NCBI GenBank assembly: GCA_050010895.1
Contig: JBEKKD010000001.1
Span: forward strand, 1-62,674
Length of the DNA: 62,674 bases
DNA from: Armatimonadota bacterium
Lineage (GTDB): Bacteria; Armatimonadota; Hebobacteria; Hebobacterales; Hebobacteraceae
Reading direction: 5' to 3'
Shown here piece by piece: positions 1-9,947 of this stretch; position 1 is the stretch's first letter, and each line of letters starts with the position of its first letter. A program made the translations under genes and the position numbers. The notes beneath the pieces were generated by a model. The model made no database searches. It was given only the letters and a program-made list of their open reading frames with translations, and was not told the DNA's origin.

Positions 1-347
1 GGAGCAGAGGCAGGACTGCAACGCACAGGATTCGAGGCAGGAGAGTGTTCGGGCTCAAGCTCGGATATGCCGAATCGCTGTCGGAAAGCAGCAAGCGCCA
101 CGCGAAGCACGCGACCGAGGCGATTCCAGTCGAGCAGAGCAGCCAGTCGAGCCAGCGAGGCGCCCGCGGCCGTAGATCCCTTCCGCCTGCCATATGACCT
201 TCCTCCGATGAAGTGCTGCGATGGGTGCCGCGATCTGCTGGTGTATGCATGCGGCGTGAAGCACAGGGCTTACCGACTATTGTTATACCTCGCGCGCGGC
301 ACGGTGTCTAACGGAAAGCTCAGGAGCGGAGGAGCGGCAGGATCGCG

Positions 348-1961
348 TCAGCGTTCCAGCACGAGCTGCTCGCGCTGGTATGCCTCGCGACGGCTCTGTC
401 GGTACATGCGGTCCGCTATCTCCTCTATCGGTGCCAGATCGTCGGTCAAGGGCCTGCCGACTCCCCGGACCGCTGTCATCTTGGGCCCGCTGCCGGAGTT
501 GACCTCCTGCGCGATCTCGATCAGGCCGGTATGCCCCACAGCCCGTGCCATGGGAAGGAGATGTGAGATGGAAGCATCGTCGGGGCCCGCCAGCAGCACG
601 GCGCCGGAGCGCCGGGAGATACCGGTGACTGCGTAGACTCTCGGGAAAACCGAACGGACCGTGGCGACTACCAGGCCAAGCAGCTCCGGGTCGCTCGGCG
701 TCCACCATGCGACATTGATGGCCAGAACGCCGCCCGGACTCATGTGAGCCCGGAGCTCCTGAAAGAACTCTTGGGTGACGAGATGGAACGGGATATCGGA
801 ACTCTGGTAGGCATCGACGATCACCCAGTCATATCGCTCTTTCGCGGCAGCGAGGAACGCTCGGCCGTCGGTGACGTGGACTCGCAGGTTCGGTTCGTCC
901 ATGCTGAAGTAGCGCCGCGCCAGCGCGACGATCGCGGGGTCGATCTCGATGCCGTCTATCGGCACCGGCCCATAGGCCTGCGTGATCTGCTTCGATGCCG
1001 TGCCCGCCCCCAGCCCGATAATGAGAACGCGGTGCAGCCACGCCGCGGCCGGCGCCGGGCGAAGGAGGGGCGCGAGCAGGAGGTAGTCGTAGTACTCGCC
1101 GTTTCGGAACTCGCCCGGCGTATAGCACGAAAACGCATCCCAGTTCGCGATCAACAGCCGCGTCGGCCCGGCCTGGACCACGCGGAGGTAGTTGTAGGGC
1201 GACTCCTTCTCCAGGATCGCTCCCCGCGTTGGCAGCAGGGGGGGGAGCGGAACGGCAAGCAGGACGAGCGCGCCCGCCGCGGGAACGAAGCGAAGTCGCG
1301 CCAGCAGCAGGAGCGCGGCGACGATGAGCAGCGCGCCGAACACCATGATGGAGTGGCGAACTCCAAGGCGCGGAATGGTGACGAGGGCCGGCAGGAAGGT
1401 GCCGACCACGCTGCCGATAGCGGAGACGGCATAGATGCGGCCGGAGGTGCGGCCGGTTCGGTCGAGATCATCGACACTCAGCTTCAGGGCAAACGGGCAG
1501 ACACATCCGAGCAGGACCGTGGGCAGGGAGAAGAGCGCGAATGTGCCGACGAGCGAGGCGGGCAGGATTCCCGCCCTGGGAGTCAGGCTTCCGGCCATGT
1601 GCAGGACGGGGGCGCTGACCAGCGGGAGCGCAAGCGCGAGCACGCCCGCCACCAGGACGATGGCTCCCAGCAGAGCGCGGCTGGGGGCGCGATCGGCAAG
1701 GGCGCCGCCGACGTAGTACCCGATGGTGAGAAACGCCAGTATGAGGCCGATGAGGCTGGTCCAGACGGAGAGCGTGTTGCCGAAATGCGGAGCGATGAGC
1801 CGGGAGGCCGACATCTCCAGGCCCATGACGGCGACTCCGCTGGAGAAGACCAGCCAGAGCAGCGCGGCCCGGACGAAGGGCCCGGATGGCGACGTGCCCG
1901 CTGCCTCGGCGGACAGCGCCTGCATTGACGCCTTCTTCCCGACCGCTGGATCGGCTGCCAT
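348..1961 (-). CDS. fused polytopic membrane (MFS-like) / spermidine synthase-family protein
   Basis: 537-aa ORF. The N-terminal half is strongly hydrophobic with many predicted TM helices. The C-terminal half carries an aminopropyl/methyltransferase-type fold signature (VLIIGLGAGTASK ... DWVIVDAYQS). Confidence 0.7.
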   Translation of the reverse strand: MAADPAVGKKASMQALSAEAAGTSPSGPFVRAALLWLVFSSGVAVMGLEMSASRLIAPHFGNTLSVWTSLIGLILAFLTIGYYVGGALADRAPSRALLGAIVLVAGVLALALPLVSAPVLHMAGSLTPRAGILPASLVGTFALFSLPTVLLGCVCPFALKLSVDDLDRTGRTSGRIYAVSAIGSVVGTFLPALVTIPRLGVRHSIMVFGALLIVAALLLLARLRFVPAAGALVLLAVPLPPLLPTRGAILEKESPYNYLRVVQAGPTRLLIANWDAFSCYTPGEFRNGEYYDYLLLAPLLRPAPAAAWLHRVLIIGLGAGTASKQITQAYGPVPIDGIEIDPAIVALARRYFSMDEPNLRVHVTDGRAFLAAAKERYDWVIVDAYQSSDIPFHLVTQEFFQELRAHMSPGGVLAINVAWWTPSDPELLGLVVATVRSVFPRVYAVTGISRRSGAVLLAGPDDASISHLLPMARAVGHTGLIEIAQEVNSGSGPKMTAVRGVGRPLTDDLAPIEEIADRMYRQSRREAYQREQLVLER

Positions 1962-2035
1962 TGCACCCCCCGCGTCAGTGGCATTGAGAAAGCGCTCGCC
2001 CCCCGATCGCCTCAGGGGCCGAGCGCATCGGCTGG

Positions 2036-3871
2036 TTACTCTACGGTCACGCTCTTCGCCAGGTTGCGAGGCTGATCGATCTCGCAGCCGAGCTCATCGG
2101 CGACGTAGTATGCGTACAACTGCAAGGGAATCCCCGCCAACACCGGCGCCAGCATCTCGTTGGTCTTCGGGATGCGGATCACATCATCGGCATAGTTGGA
2201 GATGGCCTCATCGCCCTCATTGGCGATGGCGATTACCTTGCCGCCGCGCGCTCGGATCTCCTGGAGATTCCCCAGGCTCTTCTCGTAGTGCTTGCCGGCG
2301 ACCACTGCCGACATGACGGTGGTGTCGCTGGTGACGAGGGCGAGCGGCCCGTGCTTCATCTCACCCGCGGCATAGCCCTCGGCATCCAGGTACGCGATCT
2401 CCTTGAGCTTGAGCGCGCCCTCCATGGCTGAGGAGTAGTTCGATCCGCGTCCCAGATAGAGGTACCGCTTGACATTGCCGTACTTCTCCGCCAGCGCCTT
2501 GATGTGGCCGGCCTGCGTGAGCACCTCTTCCGCCTGATCGGGGAGCTTCTTGACATCGCGGAGAAAGCGGCGGGCCTGCTGCGGGTTCAGCGAACCCCTG
2601 ACGATGCCCAGGTGGGCGCAGAAGAGCAGCATAGCCAGGATCTGGCTGGTATAGGCCTTCGTGGACGCCACGCCAATCTCCGGCCCGGCGTGGATATAGA
2701 GCAGACCATCGGATTCGCGGGCGACCGAGCTGCCGATGACGTTGGTGATGGCGAGCACTTTGGCGCCCCGGCGGCGAGCCATGCGAATCGCCTGAAGGGT
2801 GTCGGCCGTCTCGCCGGACTGACTGATGGCGATGCCGAGGGTGTCTTTGTCGAAGACGCACTCGCGGCTCTGCAGTTCGGACGCGACATCCACGATCGCC
2901 GGCACGCCGCAGATCTGCTCGATCGCATACTGGCCCGCCATGCCTGCATAGGAGGCGGTGCCGCAGGCGATGATGACGATCTTCTTGATCCGGCGAAGCT
3001 CCGAATCCTTGAGGCCGAGGCCCTCGAGGTCGAGGCGCATCTCGCGGCCGACGATGCGATCGCCGATGGTCTCGCGCAGCGCGGCCGGCTGTTCGAAGAT
3101 CTCCTTGATCATGAAGTGCTTGTTGCCGCCCTTCTCGGCGGCCTTCGCGTCCCACTGCACGTGGAACACGGGTTTGTCGACCGACTTGCCGGCGATCGTC
3201 TTGACGTCGACGCCGTTCTCGGTGACGATCACCATCTCGCCGTTGTCGATGAGATAGGCTTTGCGGGTGAAGGACAGGATCGCGGGGATATCGGAGGCGA
3301 CGAAGTTCTCGCCGCCGTTCTCACCGAGGCCGGCTACCAGCGGGCTGTACCGACGGGCGGCGATCAGGCGACCGGGCTCGGCGTTGGTGATGGCGACGAC
3401 TGCGTAGGAGCCCCGGATATCGCGCAGCGTTCGGCGCATCGCCTTCTCGAGATCGCCGTCGTAATACTTCTCGAGCAGGTGCGGGAAGACTTCGGTGTCG
3501 GTCTGGGATCGGAGCGTGTGGCCGTCGGCCTCGAGTCGCTCACGCAGGTCCAGGTAGTTCTCGATGATGCCGTTGTGAACGACAGCGATGTTACCGGCGC
3601 AATCCGAATGCGGATGGGCGTTCTGCTCCGATGGCGGCCCATGCGTCGCCCATCGGGTATGGCCGATCCCGAGCCGGCCCTTCGGCTTGTGCTTCTCGAG
3701 CACGCTGGCCAGGACTGAGAGCTTTCCCTTCGCTCTGACCACCTCGATCTTGCCGTTTACCAGCACCGCGACGCCCGCGGAATCATAGCCGCGGTACTCG
3801 AGCCGCCGCAAACCCTCGAGGAGCACGTCGACGGTGTTTCTGCCGCCGAGATAACCGACGATGCCGCACAT
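2036..3871 (-). CDS. glmS: glutamine--fructose-6-phosphate aminotransferase (isomerizing)
   Basis: 611-aa ORF starting MCGIVGY (Ntn-amidotransferase Cys2). It is followed by two SIS-type sugar isomerase halves and ends with the typical C-terminus ...NLAKSVTVE. Confidence 0.97.
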   Translation of the reverse strand: MCGIVGYLGGRNTVDVLLEGLRRLEYRGYDSAGVAVLVNGKIEVVRAKGKLSVLASVLEKHKPKGRLGIGHTRWATHGPPSEQNAHPHSDCAGNIAVVHNGIIENYLDLRERLEADGHTLRSQTDTEVFPHLLEKYYDGDLEKAMRRTLRDIRGSYAVVAITNAEPGRLIAARRYSPLVAGLGENGGENFVASDIPAILSFTRKAYLIDNGEMVIVTENGVDVKTIAGKSVDKPVFHVQWDAKAAEKGGNKHFMIKEIFEQPAALRETIGDRIVGREMRLDLEGLGLKDSELRRIKKIVIIACGTASYAGMAGQYAIEQICGVPAIVDVASELQSRECVFDKDTLGIAISQSGETADTLQAIRMARRRGAKVLAITNVIGSSVARESDGLLYIHAGPEIGVASTKAYTSQILAMLLFCAHLGIVRGSLNPQQARRFLRDVKKLPDQAEEVLTQAGHIKALAEKYGNVKRYLYLGRGSNYSSAMEGALKLKEIAYLDAEGYAAGEMKHGPLALVTSDTTVMSAVVAGKHYEKSLGNLQEIRARGGKVIAIANEGDEAISNYADDVIRIPKTNEMLAPVLAGIPLQLYAYYVADELGCEIDQPRNLAKSVTVE

Positions 3872-3926
3872 CGTGTCCTGCCTCCACGTACTATAAGCGG
3901 CCCGTGTGGACCGCTTAGGAAGTCGT

Positions 3927-5066
3927 TCAGCCGCGTATCAGCCGTGCGTACAGCCGGACCAGCTTCTCTGCCATTCGGCCTGCCGAGAATTCTTCGGCAC
4001 GGGCGCGAGCGTGACCTGCCAGAGCCTGACGGAAATCTTGGGACTCGAGGACCAGGGACAGGCCCGCCGCGAGCGCCTCAGGCGTCGGATCGACGAGCAC
4101 ACCATCGACGCCATCTCTGATCACATCGACTACTGCGCCCGAGCGCACCGCGACCGGTGGACGCGACAGCGCCATCGCTTCGAGCACCGCGATCCCTTGC
4201 GTGTCAGTCAAAGAAGCGAAAGCGAAGGCATCAGCGGAGGCGAGGCAATCGAAGACCCGGCTGCGCGGCAGATAGCCGGTGAAATGGACCCTGCTAGCTA
4301 ACCCCAGCGACTCGGCGAGAGCGTGACCCTGAGCATACCACGGCCCGCCGCCGACGAGCAGCAGGTGGGCCTCGCGCAGGCCGCCCGGGAGCAGGGAGAA
4401 GGCGCGAATCAGCAGGTCGAGATTCTTCTCTCGTGCGATGCGGCCGCTGTAGGCGATGACGGGTACGCCGTCGGGAATACCATAGTCGCCGCGGACCGGC
4501 TGGCGCGGTGCGTCGGCAAGATCCAAATCGATGCCTGTCGGGATGACCTCTATGGGCCGCCGCACGCCGTACGAGCGCAGCAGATCGCCAACTGACTGGC
4601 TGGGAACGACCACGGCGTCGGTGGAGTTCGAGAACTCCCGGCTGACCCGGACGGCAAAAGCACGAACAAGTCGGCCAGGCAGCGGGACATAATGCGCGTA
4701 GGCGTGGATAAGAGTATGGTATGTAAGTAGCAAAGGGCGATCTAGCCGCCGGGCCCAGCGGCGCGCCTCTCGCCCGGTGACAAATGGGTGCTGGGCGTGC
4801 ACCACGTCCGGCTGATGAGCCATGAAGCTTCGCGAATACAGGTAACTGCCGAAGGGGATAGCGAGCGGATAGCGGGGACTCGTGGGCAGGGAGATCGACG
4901 GCAGGCGATACACGTTTTTTTCCGAGTCGTGGTGACCCGGAAAGGACGGTGCATAGATGCGGACGTCGTGGCCCTGTTTCGCCAGTTCCCGAGCGAAGGT
5001 TGAAACCGAGACAACTACCCCATTGACGATGGGGTGGTAGCACTCGGTGAAAAGCGCGATTCGCAT
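3927..5066 (-). CDS. glycosyltransferase family 4
   Basis: 379-aa ORF. N-terminus MRIALFTECYHPIVNGV is typical of GT4. The C-terminal Glycos_transf_1-like region contains the ...GIAVLEAMA... motif. Confidence 0.85.
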   Translation of the reverse strand: MRIALFTECYHPIVNGVVVSVSTFARELAKQGHDVRIYAPSFPGHHDSEKNVYRLPSISLPTSPRYPLAIPFGSYLYSRSFMAHQPDVVHAQHPFVTGREARRWARRLDRPLLLTYHTLIHAYAHYVPLPGRLVRAFAVRVSREFSNSTDAVVVPSQSVGDLLRSYGVRRPIEVIPTGIDLDLADAPRQPVRGDYGIPDGVPVIAYSGRIAREKNLDLLIRAFSLLPGGLREAHLLLVGGGPWYAQGHALAESLGLASRVHFTGYLPRSRVFDCLASADAFAFASLTDTQGIAVLEAMALSRPPVAVRSGAVVDVIRDGVDGVLVDPTPEALAAGLSLVLESQDFRQALAGHARARAEEFSAGRMAEKLVRLYARLIRG

Positions 5067-5182
5067 GGCGCGGCTGTTCGCAGGCCTCGTCTACTACCGT
5101 AGCACGAAGGCAGAGGACGCGTCAATCGAGGGCCGCGGTGATGGGCCGGCGGCCCGCTGCAGAGGCAGAGAGGGTGAGCGCG

Positions 5183-6058
5183 ATGTCTCGTGTGAGAGAT
5201 CCCGCGGTCGCGGGTCGCTTCTACGAGGCGGCGCCGGAGAGGCTGACAGCTTCTCTGCGCGACTGCTTCACGCACCCCCTTGGCCCCGGCAGGGCGCCCG
5301 AGGTCGCGGCTGACGGCGCGGGCAGGATCGCGGCCCTGGTCAGCCCGCATGCCGGCTACATGTACTCCGGCCCGGCCGCGGCAAACGGTTTCGCCGCGCT
5401 GGCGGCGGACGGAATTCCGGAGACCGTTGTCATCCTCGGCCCCAGCCACTACTCCTCCGATCGCCGCGCCGCGCTGTCCACTGCCGACGCCTGGCGAACT
5501 CCGCTCGGAGAGGTCAGTCTCGACGCTGCCCTGGGGGAAGCGATTCTGGCGAAGTGCGACCTCATTATCGGCGACGAGCGGCCGCACAGAATGGAGCATT
5601 CGCTGGAAGTGCAGGTGCCGTTCCTCCAGTTCGTTTATGGAGATCGGACGCCGAAGATCTGCCCGATCTGCGTTCGCTCGTACCCTCTGTACCCGATCGA
5701 GGAAGTCGTGGCGGATGCCCGGGCGATCGGCGAAGCTCTGGCGGAGGTGCTGACCGGCCGGCGGGCGGTGCTCATCGCGAGCACGGACCTCTCGCACCAG
5801 ATGCCGCAGGATGTCGCCGAGCGGATGGATAGGATGGCGATAGAGGCGGCTCTGGCGGTCGATCCTCGCCGATTGCTGGACACAGTCGTTCAGAACGGTA
5901 TCACCATGTGCGGCCCGGCGCCTGTCGCCATCGCTCTGGCCTACTGCCGCGCGCTGGGGCGGGTCAAGGCGGAGCTGCTCCGCTACTACACGTCGGGCGA
6001 CATCATCGGTGACCGCGCCGGCGTCGTCGGGTATGCATCGCTGGTGGTCGGCGCCTAG
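5183..6058 (+). CDS. MEMO1 / AmmeMemoRadiSam system protein B family
   Basis: The ORF track gives 5138..6058. The internal start MSRVRDPAVAGRFY matches the family N-terminus (PAVAG.FY). SPHAGYMYSGP and the conserved HS.E region are also present. Confidence 0.8.
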   Translation: MSRVRDPAVAGRFYEAAPERLTASLRDCFTHPLGPGRAPEVAADGAGRIAALVSPHAGYMYSGPAAANGFAALAADGIPETVVILGPSHYSSDRRAALSTADAWRTPLGEVSLDAALGEAILAKCDLIIGDERPHRMEHSLEVQVPFLQFVYGDRTPKICPICVRSYPLYPIEEVVADARAIGEALAEVLTGRRAVLIASTDLSHQMPQDVAERMDRMAIEAALAVDPRRLLDTVVQNGITMCGPAPVAIALAYCRALGRVKAELLRYYTSGDIIGDRAGVVGYASLVVGA

Positions 6059-6156
6059 AAGGACTCGGCCGGCAGGCTGTCGCGCCGAGTGCGCGGAGAG
6101 ATCGCAAAACCCGCCGCGAGAGGGGTATGGTGTGCGGGGTCCGAGGAGGATCGGGG

Positions 6157-6636
6157 ATGGCATGGACTGACATCGTGGCGCTGATACTGATCGCGAGCGT
6201 GGCCTGGATGGAGAGCCACCGCGGATTCGGGCGCTCGCTTTTCGACGTCGTCGGGGCGATCATCTCGCTCAAAGTCACGGAACTGGTCTCCGAGATGCTG
6301 ACCGTAGCCGCGCCGGTGCTTTCCTCCCCCAATGGCACGCACGCGTTCTGGTACTCGGCTGTGTTTCTCGTGCTGGCCGTACTGACCATCCTGGGGACCA
6401 AGGTCATCTACGATACCACCCTGCTTTCGCTCGACGTGCTCGATCCGCTCGTGGGCGCGATCTTCGGGCTGATCTCCGGCCTGATCGTGGCACACGTGTT
6501 CCTGAATACGCTGCAGCTCGGGTATACCGGAGACGACGTCACTGCGTTGCTGAACACCCTCATGGGTGAGGAATTGCTGCAGTTTCGCACGTACCACGCC
6601 ATCGTGACGGCGCTGCAGAGCCTGGGCAATTGGTGA
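6157..6636 (+). CDS. CvpA-family membrane protein
   Basis: The ORF track gives 6127..6636, and the likely start is MAWTDIVALILIASVAW. It is a small protein with about 4 TM helices and a CvpA-like N-terminus (W.D...l.l......rGF.r). Confidence 0.55.
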   Translation: MAWTDIVALILIASVAWMESHRGFGRSLFDVVGAIISLKVTELVSEMLTVAAPVLSSPNGTHAFWYSAVFLVLAVLTILGTKVIYDTTLLSLDVLDPLVGAIFGLISGLIVAHVFLNTLQLGYTGDDVTALLNTLMGEELLQFRTYHAIVTALQSLGNW

Positions 6637-6641
6637 GATGC

Positions 6642-7148
6642 TCAGTCTGAGAGCCGTTTGACTCGTGCGATGATATCCGTGGTCGACGCTCCCGGAACGT
6701 GGCCGGCGAGCGCGACGCGGCCGCCGTAGCTTTCGACGAAGGCGCGCTCCTCTTGGTGAACGGTGCTCAGATCGTAGTCACCGCCCTTCACCCAGATGTC
6801 CGGCTTCAGCGCCTGGATCGTCGGCAGAGAGCTCAGTTCGGCGAAGATCACCACCAGATCGACGCAGGCGAACGCGGCCAGCACTTCGGCACGATCCCGT
6901 TCGTCCATGATCGGGCGGCCAGCCCCTTTGAGTTCCCTCGTAGACTCATCGCTGTTGATGCCGACGATGAGCGCATCGGCCAGCCCTCGGGCATGCTCCA
7001 GAGTCCGCGCATGGCCGGCGTGAATGAGATCGAAGCAGCCGTTCGTGTACGCAACCACCTTCCCTGCCTGGCGCCACTCCGCGACGCGGCGCTTGGCTTT
7101 CGACAGCGTGACGATCTTGTGTGCGGTGTTAGAGGGAACGTCGTTCAT
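6642..7148 (-). CDS. rfaE2: D-glycero-beta-D-manno-heptose 1-phosphate adenylyltransferase (RfaE domain II type)
   Basis: 168-aa cytidylyltransferase-fold protein with VAYTNGCFDLIHAGHARTLEHAR (the HxGH motif). It is the last gene of the LPS-core operon. Confidence 0.8.
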   Translation of the reverse strand: MNDVPSNTAHKIVTLSKAKRRVAEWRQAGKVVAYTNGCFDLIHAGHARTLEHARGLADALIVGINSDESTRELKGAGRPIMDERDRAEVLAAFACVDLVVIFAELSSLPTIQALKPDIWVKGGDYDLSTVHQEERAFVESYGGRVALAGHVPGASTTDIIARVKRLSD

Positions 7149-8061
7149 TGTGTCGTGCCATTCGTCCGTGCAGTAGCCCTGCGATCCCCGCTCGAACCCG
7201 AGCGTAGTCGGTCCTGAGCGCGTCGCGGTGAGCCGCTCTGACAGAAGCCGGGATCAGATGCCACACCAGGCCCAGGAGAGCCGCGCCGCCGACTCGCGCG
7301 GCCAGCAGCTTCGCTCGGGCCGGCGAGTAGTGCTTTCCATAGAAACGGAGGCGCGAGGCGACGGTGCGTCTCTCGGTCTCCGCGCGATCGACGCGCGCCG
7401 AGCTGCCGCCAAGAACATGCACCACGGTCACATCGGGCAGCGTCACTACTCGCCACGCGGCCGCGCGAGCCCGGTAGCACCAGTCGACGTCTTCATAGTA
7501 CATGAAGAAGCCATCGTCGAGCGGCCCAATCTCAGCAATCATCTCGCGTCGAGCTATCAGGCAGGCCCCGGAAACCCAGGCAACGTCACGCTCTGCGCCC
7601 CCGCCGGTTGCCGCCAGAGTCCGGCCCCGCGCTCCCGGATATGAGGTCTCATAGCCGGGAACAACGCGGCCGTTCTCATCGGCGCTGGGGCAGCCGATGA
7701 TGCCAATCCGTGCGTCCGTCGCCATCACCTCGAGCATGCGCGCTATGCTACCGCGTTCTATCCGGGCGTCGGGGTTGAGGAGCAGTAAGAACTCGCCCGC
7801 GGCCACCTCCAGCGCCTGGTTCGCGGCGCGAGCGAAACCAGAATTGCCGCTGTTCTGGATCAGCTTCGCCGCGGGCAGCGCGGCCAGGGCGCGTGCGGTC
7901 GAGCCATCGGTGGAGGCATTGTCCACGAGCAGCACCTCGGTCGAGATGCCTCCGGTCGCTTCCCGCACGGAGCTCAGGCATGACGCGAGCAGGTCTCCGC
8001 CGTTCCAGTTGACGACGATGACCGAAAGCGCCGGGCGCGAAGAGGTGGCGTCGGCGCCCAT
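7129..8061 (-). CDS. glycosyltransferase family 2
   Basis: 310-aa ORF with LSVIVVNWNGGDLL...VDNASTDGS and a DVDWCYRA-type region, all typical of GT2. Confidence 0.8.
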   Translation of the reverse strand: MGADATSSRPALSVIVVNWNGGDLLASCLSSVREATGGISTEVLLVDNASTDGSTARALAALPAAKLIQNSGNSGFARAANQALEVAAGEFLLLLNPDARIERGSIARMLEVMATDARIGIIGCPSADENGRVVPGYETSYPGARGRTLAATGGGAERDVAWVSGACLIARREMIAEIGPLDDGFFMYYEDVDWCYRARAAAWRVVTLPDVTVVHVLGGSSARVDRAETERRTVASRLRFYGKHYSPARAKLLAARVGGAALLGLVWHLIPASVRAAHRDALRTDYARVRAGIAGLLHGRMARHNERRSL

Positions 8062-8844
8062 TCAGTCCGGCCTCCGGCCGTCCGAAGACAGGCGGTCGGC
8101 GAGGGATTGCTGTTCCCAGATTCGGATGTCCTTGGCCGTGGCGTACACCGCCGTCAGCAGCGACACCACCAGTCCCGGCACTCCATCGCGGAAGCCTTGT
8201 TGGAGCAGGTATGCCTTCAAGAACCGCAGGCCGGGGTGGATCATCATGTACGGCGGCGATACTCGCGCGCCCCGGAACCGCGCCTCGGCCGCGTTCCATT
8301 CGGCGTAGCGTCTCAGCTTTCGCCAGTAGTCATCCAGGGAGCGGTAGGAGTAGTGAAGCAGGGCCCCCGTCAGATCGCCCACTGCGCCGTCAACGACGAT
8401 CTGCTCGTGAATCTGGCGCTCGGGATGCGTGCCGCGATCTCTTCGAAACAGCCGCAGCACGCGATCGCTCTGCCAGCCGGAGTAGCGGATCTCGTGACCG
8501 AGAAAGAAGTTGCGGCGCCTGATCCGGTATCCATCGCGGGCGCCGGCGTCCACAAGCACTTGCCTGATCTCGGCGGCCAGCTCATCGGTGACCAGCTCAT
8601 CCGCGTCGACGATCAGCGCCCAATCGCACGAGGTCTGTTCCAGAGCCCAATTCTTCTGTGATGCCGGAGAGCGGTATTGGTGCTGGAGGACGCGCGCCCC
8701 GAGCTTCCCCGCGATCTCAGCCGTCCGGTCGGCGCTGAAGGAGTCGACGACGAGCACCTCGTCAGCGAAACCGAGACGGCCGAGGCACTCGGCGATGCGC
8801 TCTTCTTCGTTCAGCGTCGTGACGATGGCTGCGATGGACGCCAT
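8062..8844 (-). CDS. glycosyltransferase family 2 (LPS-core KdtX/WaaE-like)
   Basis: The ORF track gives 8062..9012. The start is placed at MASIAAIVTTLNEE (ATG 8842-8844), directly after the stop of the upstream gene at 8846. GT2 motifs VLVVDSFSADRT and IVDADE are present. Confidence 0.8.
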   Translation of the reverse strand: MASIAAIVTTLNEEERIAECLGRLGFADEVLVVDSFSADRTAEIAGKLGARVLQHQYRSPASQKNWALEQTSCDWALIVDADELVTDELAAEIRQVLVDAGARDGYRIRRRNFFLGHEIRYSGWQSDRVLRLFRRDRGTHPERQIHEQIVVDGAVGDLTGALLHYSYRSLDDYWRKLRRYAEWNAAEARFRGARVSPPYMMIHPGLRFLKAYLLQQGFRDGVPGLVVSLLTAVYATAKDIRIWEQQSLADRLSSDGRRPD

Positions 8845-8845
8845 A

Positions 8846-9946
8846 TCAGATCTCGGACAGCACCTCGTTGTACAAGGCGATGATACGGTCCACGATCGGC
8901 CCGCGGTCGAAGACGGAGAGCGCCCTCTGCCGCCCCGCCTCGCCCATAGCACGCGCGCGCTGCCCATCCAAGAGCAGCGCGACCAGGGCTTCAGCCAGCG
9001 CGTCGGCATCACCTGCCGGGACGATCAGTCCCGTTTCGCCGTGGATCACCGACTCGGGCAAGCCACCCACATCAGTCGCCACCACCGGTCTGGCCATCGC
9101 CATGGCTTCCAGCGCGGCGACGCCTAGACCTTCCGATAGGGAGGGCATGGCGAAGACGTGTGCTGCCGCGAGAACCGGACGAACGTCCGGCACGAAGCCG
9201 AGGAACTCCACCGCGTGGGAGACGTCCGTCGCGGCCGCCTGCGCTTCGAGCGCGGAGCATTGATCTCCCTGGCCCGCGAGCAGCAGCCGCGCGCTAGGGC
9301 AAGATCGCAGTACGGCCTCCATGGCGCGAAGTAGGACGACATGGCCCTTCTCGCGCGTGAGTCTACCGATGGCGGCGACTGTCGGCGGCCCGCCGGCGCA
9401 TCCATGCGTCGCGGAGGGATCGAAATGTCGACAATCCACGAAGTCAGGGATGACCACCAGGCACTCCGCCGGCACCTGCGCCTGGATCAGGCGTTGCCGT
9501 ACAGCGGACGAAACACAGATGACTCTATCGGACAGGAGTTCGTAGGAGAGGGGCCGTCGGGCGTTCCGCAGAGGGAAGTCGGTCCTGCGGGTGACGACCA
9601 CGCGGGGCTTCCGACGGCTGCGTCTCCCGGCCGTCCATCGCCCCGCCGCCCAGAGCGCTGGAATCTGGGCGGCGGAGTCGTGCACGTGCACTATGTCCGG
9701 CTGCAGGCGGCGGAAGCGGTTGCTCAACCGGAGCCAGGACCACGTTGCCATCTGTTTGAATCCGCGCAGCGGCATGCTCTCCCAGGAAAGTCCGCTGTCG
9801 CGGAGGCGCGCCGCCAACGCGCTGCCGGCCTGGGCCACGAAGTGGACCCGTTCGCCGCGTTCAGCCAGCGCCATGGCGAGGCCAAGAGATTGCACCTGCC
9901 CTCCTCCCCATGCCCGATTCGAGTCGATGTGGATCGAGAATGGCAC
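8846..9946 (-). CDS. glycosyltransferase family 4
   Basis: 366-aa ORF. The N-terminus ...WGGGQVQSLGLAMALAERGERVHFV is typical of GT4. The C-terminus contains EGLGVAALEAMAMARPVVATDVGG. Confidence 0.85.
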   Translation of the reverse strand: MPFSIHIDSNRAWGGGQVQSLGLAMALAERGERVHFVAQAGSALAARLRDSGLSWESMPLRGFKQMATWSWLRLSNRFRRLQPDIVHVHDSAAQIPALWAAGRWTAGRRSRRKPRVVVTRRTDFPLRNARRPLSYELLSDRVICVSSAVRQRLIQAQVPAECLVVIPDFVDCRHFDPSATHGCAGGPPTVAAIGRLTREKGHVVLLRAMEAVLRSCPSARLLLAGQGDQCSALEAQAAATDVSHAVEFLGFVPDVRPVLAAAHVFAMPSLSEGLGVAALEAMAMARPVVATDVGGLPESVIHGETGLIVPAGDADALAEALVALLLDGQRARAMGEAGRQRALSVFDRGPIVDRIIALYNEVLSEI

Positions 9947-9947
9947 C

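Noticed and set aside
1-347. Possible gene or feature at the left edge (ORFs 55..264 minus strand and 67..636 plus strand)
   Set aside because: The translations are Arg/Ala/Cys-rich without motifs. I cannot support any feature here.
744-1928. 394-aa plus-strand ORF antisense to the spermidine-synthase-like gene
   Set aside because: Its composition is Arg/Gly/Asp/Glu-rich and low in complexity. It lies entirely inside a well-supported gene on the other strand. This is a typical shadow ORF of GC-rich DNA.
3872-3926. Possible glmS ribozyme upstream of glmS
   Set aside because: Only 55 nt separate the glmS start from the neighbouring gene, too short for the ~170-nt ribozyme. No conserved core was seen.
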